From contig NC_068994.1 in assembly GCF_001194135.2 (NCBI RefSeq), forward strand, positions 4,774,490 to 4,838,489: a stretch of 64,000 nucleotides of DNA, read 5' to 3'. The notes beneath the pieces were generated by a model that did no database searches, was not told where the DNA came from, and saw nothing but the letters and a program-made list of their open reading frames with translations. Positions within the stretch are counted from its first letter, which is position 1. Every line of letters starts with the position of its first letter. This document shows positions 11,440 to 25,380 of this stretch, piece after piece. The DNA is from Octopus bimaculoides. Lineage: Eukaryota. The position numbers and the translations under genes are program-made.

Positions 11440-13902
11440 TCAACAGTCTAGATGTAGCATTTTTATTACCAGCGAAAAATATGTGCATTTATTAATTTCT
11501 TTCTTCATACACGTAATTAAATTTCATCAATCCAATTTAGTCGACTTTCAAAAATTATTTTAATTAAAAGACAACATTATTACATTACTAAAAAGTGAGG
11601 GACTTATTTGTCACATAAAAAAAGCAGTCCCTACCGAAATTAAGTCCGTCTGGAAATTAATACGCCGGATTATCTCCCTTTTGTTTACATTTCCCAAGCT
11701 TTGTAATCGACTCCTTTAAAAAGTTTCTAGTAAAAAAATTGAGTAAATAAAAACCTTAGCTTCGGCTCTGTCTGTGTGTCACGTAGTTCTTTCGCTCCTT
11801 ATCTCCCCCTTCCTCCTTCATTTTCACTCTCTTTCTCTTTCTCAGTCTCTTTCTATCTGTCTGCCTTTCTTTCTAGATCGGCCTGTACCTACATAATAGC
11901 GCGCACTCTACTTTCTCTCTCCCACCACGTTCGATCGACCGACCAACTGACATCGTCTTCATCCACATCTAAACTACTCTTAATCTGCCTGCTTTTTTTC
12001 TTTTCCTTTCTTCCTTCCTTCTCTCTCTCTCTCTCTCTATTTCTTTCTTCCTTCTACACTTTCTCTCTCTCTCTCACTTTCTTTCTCTCCTTGTCTGTCC
12101 TATATATACTCTCTCACTCTTTCTTTCTCTCTCTCCTTGTCTGACTGTGTTGCTGTCTAAAAACCACTCTCACCACTGCTGCTGCCCAGGTTGGTATTAC
12201 AGTTTCATCCATCCTCTATCCCTCTCTGTCCCTCTCTCATTCTCCTATATATCTCTCTCTTACTCCCTCCTCCTCTCTTCGACCACATCTTTCTCCTTCA
12301 CACCCTTTCTTTCTCCCCCTCCCCCGAAGTCCAGTTCTAACCATTCCAGCCAACTTTGCTTGAACTGGTCACTAGACTTTCTTCGCTCAAACTCTTCCCG
12401 CTCTCTTTAAACTTTCGGGAAGCTGAATTTAAAAATGGCAGGGAAACCACAAACTATCAAACACGAAAGAGAAAAAAAACATTACTACGTTTTTTAAAAT
12501 CTTTTTCTCTTTTCTTTTCAATTTAATAATTATTTATTTTGCCATTATTCATTATAATAATTTTTCTCTTTCTTCGTACGTGGTCTCCTGTAAATTTCAT
12601 TGTGTTTATGTCTACAATCATATACATATGTATATATATATGTATATATATATATATATATTATATTCAGTTATTTATCGCCAGGTCAACCGTGTTTATA
12701 TAGAGCTAGACTGCATTATCCCTTGTGTCTCTCCATTTTAAGACAATAGCATGTGATTTGAGGGAGATGTGGCTGTTATTCACATCCAAAGTCTTAAAAA
12801 CGGGAAGACACATTGGAAGATGTAGTTTCGAATACAAATACGGAATGGTCACCAGTTTAAAACCTTTTATTATCAACGGTATTCAGTCAGGACAAACCTG
12901 ATATTTATATACAAATACGTATTGTTGTTTACCCCAGGGTAAACCCCATGATCAAAGTGGTTCCAGCCGTGACCATTCCGTCCCTTTTGTGTACCAGAAT
13001 CTACATTGTCCTATGGTACATCTATATCTAAAATGCTAGGGGATGATTTGAGAGAGATCTAGCTGCTATTTCGAAACAACCACCTATCTAGCATTTGTAG
13101 TTTGCATTATACATATATATATATATATATATACACATACACACATATATATATATATATGTGTGTGTGTATGTATGGATAATTTAGAATGTATAAGAGT
13201 ATCGACTCATTAGCACAATTTAGTGATATCCTTATATTTTGAGGTTTGCTAGCGTGGATTTGGTGGAAAAGAGGAGTGGAAGACGTGTTAAATGAGTTAA
13301 TTATATGCAGCTAATTTGTACGAGGTTGAGTAATTACATAAAAGCATGTGAACCAGGCAGTCAACCCCATTAATTCTTTTGTGGTCAGCTTCTCAATACT
13401 TTTGACTTAATGACTCCGAGAAACAATCAAAAATAGTCAATAAGGAAACCGCATGTGTATGTGATATATATGTATGTCTATATATATATATATATATATA
13501 TATAAATGAAATATTCAAACACTGAGATTTGAAGTTAGATATATATATATATTGCGTGTGTTGTAAATGTACATTGAAACATGTATATATATATATTGTC
13601 TTATATATACCTATGGATATTTATGTATGCATATGTAGGTATGTCTATATGGATATAAGTAAATACATGCATACTAAGCTATATGTATATGTGTGTGTGT
13701 ATTATGTGCGTATGTGTATACTCAAAGTATATTACAACTATATATTTGGAAGCATGTATATCGGTGCTATGTGGATATATACGAATATTTATATAGACCT
13801 GTATGTATGTATGTATAAAGAGAAATGTATGCATATAACAGTATGTACACGCAATCACACAAGATAAAGGCATATATGTATGTATTTATATGCTTCTACG
13901 TA

Positions 13903-13943
<41 letters not shown>

Positions 13944-14921
13944 NNNNNNNNNNNNNNNNNNNNNNNNNNNNNNNNNNNNNNNNNNNNNNNNNNNNNNNNN
14001 NNNNNNNNNNNNNNNNNNNNNNNNNNNNNNNNNNNNNNNNNNNNNNNNNNNNNNNNNNNNNNNNNNNNNNNNNNNNNNNNNNNNNNNNNNNNNNNNNNNN
14101 NNNNNNNNNNNNNNNNNNNNNNNNNNNNNNNNNNNNNNNNNNNNNNNNNNNNNNNNNNNNNNNNNNNNNNNNNNNNNNNNNNNNNNNNNNNNNNNNNNNN
14201 NNNNNNNNNNNNNNNNNNNNNNNNNNNNNNNNNNNNNNNNNNNNNNNNNNNNNNNNNNNNNNNNNNNNNNNNNNNNNNNNNNNNNNNNNNNNNNNNNNNN
14301 NNNNNNNNNNNNNNNNNNNNNNNNNNNNNNNNNNNNNNNNNNNNNNNNNNNNNNNNNNNNNNNNNNNNNNNNNNNNNNNNNNNNNNNNNNNNNNNNNNNN
14401 NNNNNNNNNNNNNNNNNNNNNNNNNNNNNNNNNNNNNNNNNNNNNNNNNNNNNNNNNNNNNNNNNNNNNNNNNNNNNNNNNNNNNNNNNNNNNNNNNNNN
14501 NNNNNNNNNNNNNNNNNNNNNNNNNNNNNNNNNNNNNNNNNNNNNNNNNNNNNNNNNNNNNNNNNNNNNNNNNNNNNNNNNNNNNNNNNNNNNNNNNNNN
14601 NNNNNNNNNNNNNNNNNNNNNNNNNNNNNNNNNNNNNNNNNNNNNNNNNNNNNNNNNNNNNNNNNNNNNNNNNNNNNNNNNNNNNNNNNNNNNNNNNNNN
14701 NNNNNNNNNNNNNNNNNNNNNNNNNNNNNNNNNNNNNNNNNNNNNNNNNNNNNNNNNNNNNNNNNNNNNNNNNNNNNNNNNNNNNNNNNNNNNNNNNNNN
14801 NNNNNNNNNNNNNNNNNNNNNNNNNNNNNNNNNNNNNNNNNNNNNNNNNATATATATATATACATACATACATATACATATATAAATGTCTCCATTTCTT
14901 TTTTCTTATTCATACACACAC

Positions 14922-14964
<43 letters not shown>

Positions 14965-14992
14965 TACATACATACGTGTCTGTGTGTATGTG

Positions 14993-15042
<50 letters not shown>

Positions 15043-15684
15043 AAATGTTTTATTTATAGATGAGGGAAATGTGGAATTTTTGAGCTGAAATGCCGTTCCC
15101 ATGGAAATTAACGACTTAAATGAAGCTGTTCCGACCAGAAAGCGAAACCGGTTCATTAGTCCCTGGACGAACTATAAAACTAATTCAGCGGACTTCTGAT
15201 CAAGGACAATCCAGCCACGACTATCCCTTCCTTTCTTTCTCCCACTCCGGACACCTACTGCCGTATTATCCCTCTTATCTTTTATTGTTTTCAGGTAGTA
15301 GGGTGTAATTTGAGGGAGGTATTGAGTGCTATGTCGAGCAGCTTATGAGACCCACAGAAGTGCCCTCATAATACCCATATTTATTGGGAATCATCTCAGT
15401 TGTGCTTATATATATATCCATTTAACCCTACACACACATATAGAGAGAGACAAAGCACATTACATTCATACATTCCAAGGTGTCTACTCGCCAAGTCATG
15501 CTTAATTGAAGCTAATCTGTATAATTACATTTCAAGTCGCAGTCATCGCTTCCATCCTCTCCAGCCTTTCCATAATTTTAACCTAAAGACTGCACAAGAA
15601 TATATCACAAATAATTTCGTTCTTATCCACTTTGAAACCAATCATTCTCTTTTCATTTTCTAATTACTCGACGTCCGATGATGA

Positions 15685-15730
<46 letters not shown>

Positions 15731-17001
15731 GTTGTTGTTGTTATCATTTATTCATTTCATTTATTGCAAGGTGCCAGCTTCCTCTTTTAAATGACACGGT
15801 AATTAATGCCGCTGTGTGCGCCCTGCTTTTCTTTTTGCTTCGTTCTACACACACACACACACTCGCATTGTTACAGATGTATGTGTGTGTGTGTGTGTAT
15901 GCTCCAGCATGGCCGCAGTCAAATGACTGAAACAAATAAAAGAATATATATATATATATATATATATGATGTGATCACGCATTTTTATTGATGCACAAAT
16001 CCATGAGTCAATGGATCTCGGTCGGTTTCGACGGAGCGTACTGGCTTTCATTTATAGAATGATTAGGTGAGTACTCCTCACCTACATACATGTACCCTTA
16101 AAATAATTTCTGACAGAATCAGTGTGACAGTGTAATAAGGCTGACCCTTTCAGTTACGGGTATAGGTCCATCGGATAGACTTCTATCACTGGTAAATTTC
16201 GCTCAAAACGCTTGGGTCAACACATGCTTAAAATGGCCATACCGTGGGATCAAATCCTCGGACCTCAATGATTGCGAAGAGAGTTTCTTAAGCACTCAAT
16301 GTACCCAGACACATCCGATTTATTAAGCTGGCTTGGGCATACACCGAGATATACATGTCGTTATAACACGCACATACACACATGCATCCGTTACACTGGC
16401 ATACACATACAGACAGGATTGCATGAGAGAGAGAGAGGTGAGAGTTGTGGTGGTGGTGGTGGTGGACTTCCAGACGACGTTAATATATGATTGAATCACG
16501 CTTAAATTAGAGATAAAGAGAACGTTCGGCCTTCACAGCTGGTCAGTTTGACTTCATACATGTTGGGTCATTCAAATTACTCACTTCTCCAGACGAATCT
16601 CATTTACACTGACACCATTTCATAGTCTATATCTTCATTCACATATGTACATGTGTGTGTGTGTATGTATATATGTATATAATAATTCTTTAAGTTATAT
16701 ATAGGTAGATGGAAACTTAATTTTCCCTTTATTGAGTACTATCTTTTCTCTTTGTTTAAACTCTGCTCATCTACAGATAAATACAAATGATTTAGAAATG
16801 TATTCTGTTGTGTCTGGGGAGAGTCATTTTCTTTTAGTGCCTTAACACACTCACCGGTAAAATTTCCCCTCATTTACTTATTTCTTTAGAAATGAATTTC
16901 TATATATATACATAAGATTATGTGTGTGTGTCTGTGCATGTGTTTAAAATGTATGTATAATAAATAGTTATGTAATAAATATGTATTTAATGTATACATA
17001 T

Positions 17002-17318
17002 GTGGCTGTGTGGTAAGTAGCTTGCTTACCAACCACATGATTCTGGGTTCAGTCCCACTGCATGGAACCTTGGGCAAGTGTCTTCTGTTGCTTCGGGCTG
17101 ACCAAAGCCTTGTGAGTAGATTTGGTGGACAGAAACTGAAAGAAGCCCATCGTATATATATATATGTGTGTGTGTGTGTGTTTGTACCCACCAACATCGC
17201 TTGACAACCAATGCTAGTGTGTTTACGTCCCCTAACTTAGCAGTTTGGCAAAAGAGAGCGATAGAATAAGTACTAGGTTTACAAAGAAAAAGTTCTGGGG
17301 TCGATTTCTTTGACTTAA
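17002..17318 (+). mobile_element. SINE family A, near full-length copy
   Basis: gtggctgtgtggtaagtagcttgc...ggttcagtccc...ccttgggcaagtgtcttc...(TA)(TG)...gaataagtactagg. Confidence 0.9.
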
Positions 17319-18384
17319 GCATGTCTGTATATAATATGCATATATGTGTACAGGACATCACCAACTGTGCAAACAACATGAAATACGTAAACGAGAAAAA
17401 AAAAATATGAAAAGCGGGACAAGTAAACACAGAGAAAGGATCCTTCATGAGTTGTTGGCTGCCTATCTACTCCTCATTTCGAGCATTCAACAACAATAAG
17501 AGTCTTCAAAGACACTTGTTCCCATAAATTCTAAAATAAAATTCAGGATTTATGGAGGGTGTGATTTTCACTGTTGTCCCGAGCCATCCAAAACCTTGTG
17601 AATGGATTTGGTACATGCAAACTGACCGAAGTCTGTCTTTTATATTTATGCCTACATGTATGCACGAAGGTGGATGGCCTGTGCTTATGGTGCTGCACTC
17701 ATTATCGCAATATCATGGTTTTGATTCCCAGATTGAATGATGCGTTGTGTTCACTCTGCAATCACTTTGGCACCTAGTGTGTGGCACACTGTGCATCTGT
17801 ACAGGCAATGTCAGTTTGGTGGAGTGGATGAGCTCATGTGCAACACAAACATTTGATCACAATAAACGAATTGTGTGTGCGGGTTGCTTAGCAAGAAATA
17901 GTGGAGTCTTTATCTGTCATCTACAACAAGAGAGATCACAATGTGTGTGTGTGAGGTGTGTTAGTGTCTTCTTGCCGTGACTTTGTGTGATAGTTATAAA
18001 ACAAGTGCCATTGTCTTTTGTTTCCAATCTTCTGTGAAAACATGTCATAGGATGAATATTACCTTACCTGGAAACAAGTGAGAATTAGAACATTGATATG
18101 ATGATGATGATGACCGTTTAATGTCCCCCTTCCATGCAGGCATGGGGTATGTGCACATATATATATTGATAGCATACATAAAATCAACAAGCATTGACTG
18201 TGTAGTGTTTAATTATATATTTGTGATCATGAGGAAGGGTCTAAGAACAATGCCCTGATGGATACCTCTGTTCTCCAGATTCATTGTAGAACTCATTACT
18301 ATCTCTCATCTTGCTGACAGCATCTCTGTACGTTGTTTGCATGGTTCTCCTGGGCCATTATTTTATACCTAATTTTTGTAACAA

Positions 18385-19430
18385 CGGATCATGACACCCT
18401 GCCAAAGGCCTTCTCCAGCTCAAGTGAATGCTTGATACAGTGACTCTATCTTGTAACTTTTCTTGTTATTGTGTCTCTAAGTGAGTATGGGTTTTATTTC
18501 ATTCTGGCTCAAACCTGAAGCGTGTCTTGTCTCAGTTGATTCTCTTCCTAATCAACAGTACACCGTTTCCTTCTGTTACCTCCATAACTTGTCCCATCAG
18601 TTTCACACTGTTGAAACCGCTTCTTTCTAGAGTATCTCCTTGGCCCTTAGAACAAGATATGATGATGATGATTGATACTGCTCCACCATTACCATCTTTG
18701 TACTACCAGTCTGATTATGTAAGTGATTATAACGTGTCCTACTTTGCCAGATATTTTCACTATTTCACTGACTGTCCTTGATTGTCACTCACTTTACCCT
18801 CCTTTGTATCTTTAATCACCTTTTTGACTGTATAGCTGTTGACTTCAATAGCTGGACTTTCTGTTGGGTCTACTTGTGATAATCCATCTTTTCCCACATA
18901 ATTCTCCTTATTCAATGACTTCTTGTAAAGCTATTTTCTTCCTGCTGTCAACGAAGGCAAGCCGTACTCCTGTCATTCCACATATATTCTTTCACCAGCA
19001 ACACACATCATCCACATTGACACACTACTGCTATACAATCCAGAACATCTCTCACCTCTGATACTCTCATCACAGCTTGTCTCCTTGCCAACCATACCTG
19101 ACGTCCAGCCTCCTCTAACTGGTACTGCTTCTTTGGCCTTCCCTTTCTTTCAATCTTTCCAGGCTTGTCTCTTAGTTTTTGTTTCTGTCTACTCTACTAT
19201 TCCTCTACCATGTCATATTCTGATTCTATCCACAGATCTATTCTGCTGCCCATACTATGTTGTCTGCCTCATAGAAACTCCCAGTTGTTTTCTATGTTGC
19301 AAGTCTGTCTCTGCTATTTTGTCATACTTAGCTGCTACCATCCTCCTTTGGTTGAAGTGTCTTCAAGTTTCCCTGTCTTCATTCTCCAGATGGTTTGGTT
19401 TCTTTGAGTTTGTCCTTCCTAAAAGCCAAC
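18385..19430 (-). mobile_element. Decayed RTE-clade LINE, endonuclease-RT linker and N-terminal RT region
   Basis: By-eye translation of the minus strand across stops and frameshifts gives RQAWKD..KE.YQL.REA.RQV.LAR, PAIEVNS..V.KVIKD.K.GK, KG.GD.LER and AF..LEKAF.RV, typical of RTE ORFs. Confidence 0.7.
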
Positions 19431-20349
19431 CATGAAACATGTATATAAAACTTACACAAGTAATTCTTTGAGTGTCAACATCACTGCTGTGTCTCTCATC
19501 ATAAATATTCTCATTGTTCAACCACTGAGCTTCCTAAAGGCTGTTGACCTTCTGGGAATGTGTCTAGAGCAGTGGCACTCAACCTTTTTAATATCCAGGC
19601 CAGATTCAAAACCTGGATCTCTTTAGTGGGGGGNNNNNNNNNNNNNNNNNNNNNNNNNNNNNNNNNNNNNNNNNNNNNNNNNNNNNNNNNNNNNNNNNNN
19701 NNNNNNNNNNNNNNNNNNNNNNNAAAAAAAAAAAGTAAAACAGAAACCAATTAAAGAGAAATTTGTTATGCTTATAGAGGGAAGACAGTCAAGGGCTGCT
19801 TCGAGGATGCTTGAAGGCTGCAGTTGAGAATCGGTGGCCAAAGCAGAGAGACATGTGTCTGCATCTTATTATCAAGTACTCTACAAAGCTTTGCTGTCCT
19901 GTATCCTCATCCTCATTATCATCATCATTTAACCTCCATCTCCTATACTACCATGCATCTGTGGATTTGATTGGATCCAATGTGCCAGAGAACTGTGATG
20001 TACTCCAATGTCTACTTTGGCATTGTTTCTATGACTGGATGCCCTTCCTAATGCCAATCCCTTTACACATAGTTTGTGAGTCAGGAGAGACATTAAAGGG
20101 TCAGCTAGAATACTTTGTGGTATTCCATCCTAGCTATTTCTGATCTGAATTCAGATTCTACCAAGGCCATCTTTGTCCTTCATCCTTTTGGGGTTGATAA
20201 ATAGAATAAAAGTCCAGTACTGGGGTTGATTTCTTCCATCTTTCTGGTAAAAAATTGGCTCTATTCAGACTTGCAGAGAGAGACGAGACCCACCAGATTT
20301 AAAACACTGAAGACAACTTATATCACAACAGCAGTCCTATGACCCCATC

Positions 20350-20382
<33 letters not shown>

Positions 20383-21379
20383 TGCAAATGTAGGTTTGTG
20401 ATTAAGAAATTTGCTGGGTTCCTGGTTCAATCAGACTGCATTGTACCTTGGACAAGTTTTTTTTTTTTTCCACTGTAACCTTGGATTTATATCTGAATGA
20501 TAAAAAGTACTGTGGTTGATTGCTTCAATCCAGTGCTCCAGCATGGCTGCAGTCCAATAACTGAAACAAGTCAAAAATAGAAGATTAGGTGTTGCCTGTT
20601 TGAGGGTCACGGTTGGAATATGGCTTTTGTCTTTGTGAATAATATGAAGGGAATGTTACATTGGTGGAATAATTACAGCTTTATTTTTGAGAAATTTTAT
20701 GATGTATGATGTTTTGTTTAATGTCTGCTTTTCCATGTTTGTATGGGTTGCACAGAATTGGTTGTGGTGGAGTTTTTTTCTATGGTTGGAAGCTCCTCCT
20801 GTCACCAACCTTCATCTGTTTCCAAGTAAGGTAATATTTCTGCATGACCAAACATATCTTTACACATACACAAAGCGCATGCATACACATGTGCACACAT
20901 ATACTATGGGCTTCTTTCAGTTTTCATTTACCGAACTCACTCCCAAGGCTTTAGTTAGCCTGGGTCAATATTAGAAGACACACAGGGTCTGAGACCAGAA
21001 TTAAATGATTGGGAAATGGGCTTTTTAACCATACAACCATTCCTGCATCCACGGATATTAATGAAATGAATTCTAATTTTCCAAATTAAAATATTAAGTT
21101 ATATTAAGATAATATACTCGTTTATATATTTGTAATAGATATATATTATGGACAATAATGATGGTGCTTAACTATATATTAATTACAGATGTAGAAATAC
21201 ATGATGCTATTAAACAGTGGCAAAAGTATGTTCCTAATATATTATGTGTCATATGATGTATAGCACTGTAGTTAGAATATGATAATCAAGGGAGATAAAT
21301 CTAAGATCAGAGTTATCTTTCCTTGGGGGGACAGAAAAACAGAAAGAGAAATACTGCCAATTATATTAATATTTTCTAT

Positions 21380-21585
21380 TATCTTTTACTTGTTTTAGTC
21401 ATTTGACTGTGGCCATGCTGGGGCATGGCTTTGAAGGGTTTAGTTGAACTAAATGACCCCACTACTTATTTCAAAGACTAATATTTATTCTATCAGTCAT
21501 TTATGGCAAACTGTTAAGTTACATGAATGTAAACAAACCAACACCAGTTGTCAAGCAGTGGCAAGGAACAAATACAAAGATACAC

Positions 21586-21669
<84 letters not shown>

Positions 21670-21762
21670 GATGAGCTTCTTTGAATTTCCATCTTCTAAA
21701 TCCACTCACAATGACTTTGGTTGACCCAAGGCTATGGTAGAAGACACTTGCCCAAAGTGCCA
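21380..21762 (-). mobile_element. SINE family A copy with a long internal (TA)n
   Basis: Same tail and middle as the other copies; the (TA)n spans ~21588-21663. Confidence 0.8.
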
Positions 21763-22427
21763 CATAAAAGGCACCTGTACTGGTGCTGCATAGATGCACC
21801 TGTGCCAGTGGCACGTAAGCAGCACCCAACACATTCTGTTAAGTGGTGGGCATGAAGAAGGGCATCTTGCCATAGAAACCATGCCACAACAGACAGTCTG
21901 GACAGCTCCCTGCTAGCCTGCTCCATGTGAAATTGTCCAACCCATGCCAGGATGGAAAGCAGACATTAAATAATAAGCAAGCTGGGCAGTGCTTATCCAA
22001 ATTAAATCAATAAATATTACTCACCAAATATAAGAAGTAATTTCCAACTCATTATAATGCAGTAAATGGCTGATATTTCAGACATGTTAGACGGTCACAA
22101 TATCAGCCGCCTTTTAGCCTGTATATATGAGATGTAAAAGCTATTAATCTCATTTCCAAGGAGTTCAGTTTCATAAGGCATACAATATAGTGTCAAAGAA
22201 ACAGAATAACATCTACTTACGTTTAGTGTCATTACAAAACTGTGAAGTGTATGCATGTGTGTTTGCCTCTGGTGAATAAGCTGATTTTCACAGGCATTTC
22301 ATTGTGTGTGTGTGTATTTTCATTTTGGTTGAATCAGTCTGTTTTTACTCTGAAGTTTGCCTGTGGTTACACAGTGTCCTCAGGCAACAGATATATGTGT
22401 ATGTGCATATATGTATATATGTAAAAT

Positions 22428-22657
22428 ACACCATTTCGAGCATGACCGTTGCCAGTACTGCCTGACTGGCCTTCGTGCCGGTGGCACATAAAAGCACCCA
22501 CTACACTCTCAGAGTGGTTGGTGTTAGGAAGGGCATCCAGCTGTAGAAACTTTGCCAGATCAGATTGGAGCCTGGTGTAGCCATCTGGATCACCAGTCCT
22601 CAGTCAAATCGTCCAACCCATGCTAGCATGGAAAGCGGACGTTAAACGATGATGAGG
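22428..22657 (+). mobile_element. RTE LINE 3' UTR fragment (family C) with (GAT)n tail
   Basis: gtggttggtgttaggaagggcatccagctgtagaaac...gtccaacccatgctagcatggaaagcggacgttaaacgatgatg is the same 3' end as follows the RT ORF at 50.5-50.96 kb. Confidence 0.85.
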
Positions 22658-24099
22658 ATATATATATATATATATATATATATAGGTGTGGCTGTGTGGT
22701 AAGAAGCTTGCTTCCCAACCACATGATCTGGGTTCAGTCTCACTGTGTGGCACCTTGGGCAAGTGTCTTCTGCTATAACCTCCGACCAACCAAAGCCTTG
22801 TGAGTGGATTTGGTAGATGGAAACTGAAAGGAACCCATTGTATATGTATATATGTATAAATTTATGTGTGTGTGTGTGTAATCAGATTTTTAACACCAAC
22901 TCTGCCTTGCTTGCAAAGGTCTCTCGGTTTTAGATTTCCTGTGGCCAGATGCTCTTCCCGTTGCCAACCCTCACCTATTTTCCCCATGGCCAAATACATT
23001 TTCACAGAATATTGGAAATGAACGACACTGCTTGTATAACAGTGACATTCATTTACAACTCTCGTGCAATGTCAAGATATGGAGACAACCCTCTCCCCCA
23101 TACATACATATGCTTCATCGTGATCATCACATAATGTCTGTCTTCCAGTTTCATGTGAGGATGGGATGGGTTACTTAAGCCTTCCCCACTTGTGCTGGTT
23201 CTGTGTCATCTGATACACATAACAGAGATAAATAGCCAGTTTGTGTTGGTGTTCTTGTATGACACACATTTTTGCCTGCTTTCCACGGATGAATGTGCTT
23301 CCGGTCACCAACCACTTTACATTCTTTCATGCCACAAACTCTACTGAGATTTTCTGCAATCGTCATCATCATCACCATCATCATTATCATCATCATCATT
23401 ATCATTCAACATCTGTTTTCTATGCTGGCATGAACTAGAAAGTTTGACAGGAGCCTATTAAGGCCAGGAGCTGCACCAGGGTCCATAGTCTGTATTGGCT
23501 TGGTTTCTATAGCTGGAAGCCCTTCCTAACGCCAACCACTTTACAGAATGTACTCAGTGCTTTTTACATGACACCAGCACCAGTGCTTTTTACGTGGCCC
23601 CCATATCTGGTTCTAAAGGAATCCCTCTACTTTTTATCCAATTTTATTTAGTTACTGCTCACCCAAATGAATTGCCTCTGCTGTGGCTTCTGGAAGACAC
23701 GTTTGCACCATTTCTTTCATATACGGCATAGGTTTCCCATCTGGATGCTGCCCTTCTTGTCACTGATACTTAACGGTGTGGACTAAGTATATTTCATTGT
23801 GACACCAACTCTAGAGAGATTGAACTTTGGTCTTTGTGGTTGTGAATTGAAGTTCTTAACCAATCAACCATAGCTACACACACACACATTTATGCTCGTA
23901 GGTTGATGTGTTTACATCTCATTACTTAGCAGTTCAACAAAAGAAACCAATTAAATACCAGGCTTTAAAAGAAAAAAAATAACTCAGGTTGATTCATTCG
24001 ACTAAAATTCTTCTAGGTGGTGCCCCAGCATGGCCAGTCTGTGTGTTACATAGAAATCTGTATGTGCTTTTTATAAATATATATTATATGCACATATCC

Positions 24100-24285
24100 A
24101 TCCGTCTATCTATCTATTCATCTATCTATCTCTCTATCTATCTACCTACCTACCTATCTATATCTATCTCTCTATCTACCTACCTACCTATCTATCTATC
24201 TATCTATCTACCTCTCTATCTATCCATCTATCTATCTCTCTCTCTCTCTCTACCTATCTATCTATCTATCTGCCTGTCTACATAT
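24100..24285. repeat. (CTAT)n-type tetranucleotide microsatellite
   Basis: Direct reading of imperfect tatc/ctac repeats. Confidence 0.9.
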
Positions 24286-24311
24286 GTGTGTGTGTATGTT
24301 TAAAACCACAT

Positions 24312-24355
<44 letters not shown>

Positions 24356-25209
24356 CACAGAAATGCACAAAAAAGACCTTTGGATGTTGTGTATTAAATT
24401 ATATTAAATTCACATGTAAATGAAATCAATGCAGTTGTAAATATGATACAATTCCACATATAACTGGAACACCACCACAACTTACACTGACACACGAACA
24501 TACAGCCTCATTGCAGCTCACACACACACATCCACATACATGCATACACAAAGAATGGCATGCCTTGTTTTAAAGACTTCAAATTCTGAGAAGGGATTTA
24601 AAATGTCCAGTTTTACAGATTGTTAGTGAAGTAGGGCATAAGAGATAGGGGAAAGGCGAGAGGGAAAGAAGGAAAGTGAAGGGATGATATTGAAGATAAG
24701 GTGTATGGAGAAGCTTAGAATCTGTGCTGCTGCTGCTGGTGTGATATTAATAGATGGGTGGAGTCCCTTTGTCAGGGGAGACAAGGATGTATTAAGGGGT
24801 TGCACTACTTTTCTATATACGTCTGTCTGTCTGTCTCTTCTCTTCTACACTTGCTCAAAAATCAGGAGCCCTGCCTTAAACACTGAATGTATCTTGTGTA
24901 TATATGTGTATATATACATTTTTACAGTGTATCATTTTTTTTTTTTTGGTTTCAATCATTAGACTGTGGCCATGCTGGAGAAACCCCTTGAAGAACTTAT
25001 AGTCAACTGAATCAAACCAAGAGCTTTTCTTTCTTTTTTGTTTAAAGCCTATCAGTCTATTTTGCCTAATTGCTAAGTTATGTGGGATGTAAACACACCA
25101 ACACCGGATGTCAAGCAGTAGTGGGGTGGGGGAGAGACGAACGAAGATACACCTTATAATTCTATATATATATATCTGTAAAAATATCTGACACTTATTC
25201 GGTAGCCAT

Positions 25210-25272
25210 GACAAAACTCCGAGTTTCGGATGCCAGGGTGGGAGGGTCCACTCCAACATCTCTTCAGTTATC
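25210..25272 (-). ncRNA. Type I hammerhead ribozyme motif, left arm
   Basis: The minus strand reads GATAA-CTGAAGA-GATGTTGG..16 nt..CTGGCATC-C-GAAA-CTCGGAG-T-T-TTGTC. Stem I is 5 bp, stem II is 8 bp with G.U pairs, stem III is the palindrome ACTC-G-GAGT, and NUH = GTT. Confidence 0.75.
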
Positions 25273-25318
25273 CAGCCACTAAAAATTCCTTTGAAGAATG
25301 AGGAATTTACAGTGGCTG

Positions 25319-25380
25319 GATAACTGAAGAAATGTTGGAGTGGACCCCCGACCCTGGCATCCGAAACTCAGAGTTTTATC
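25319..25380 (+). ncRNA. Type I hammerhead ribozyme motif, right arm
   Basis: GATAA(25319-23)-CTGAAGA(25324-30)-AATGTTGG...CTGGCATCC-GAAA(25363-66)-CTCAGAG-T-T(25375)-TTATC(25376-80). Stem I extends via GTGGC/GCTAC. Position 10.1 is A instead of G. Confidence 0.7.

Noticed and set aside
15112-15160. aatgaagc...gcgaaaccggtt (and similar at 16020-16050 minus and 39538-39562) as hammerheads
   Set aside because: A CGAAAC-palindrome or stem II-like piece is present, but the CUGANGA core and stem I are missing or too degenerate to support a call.
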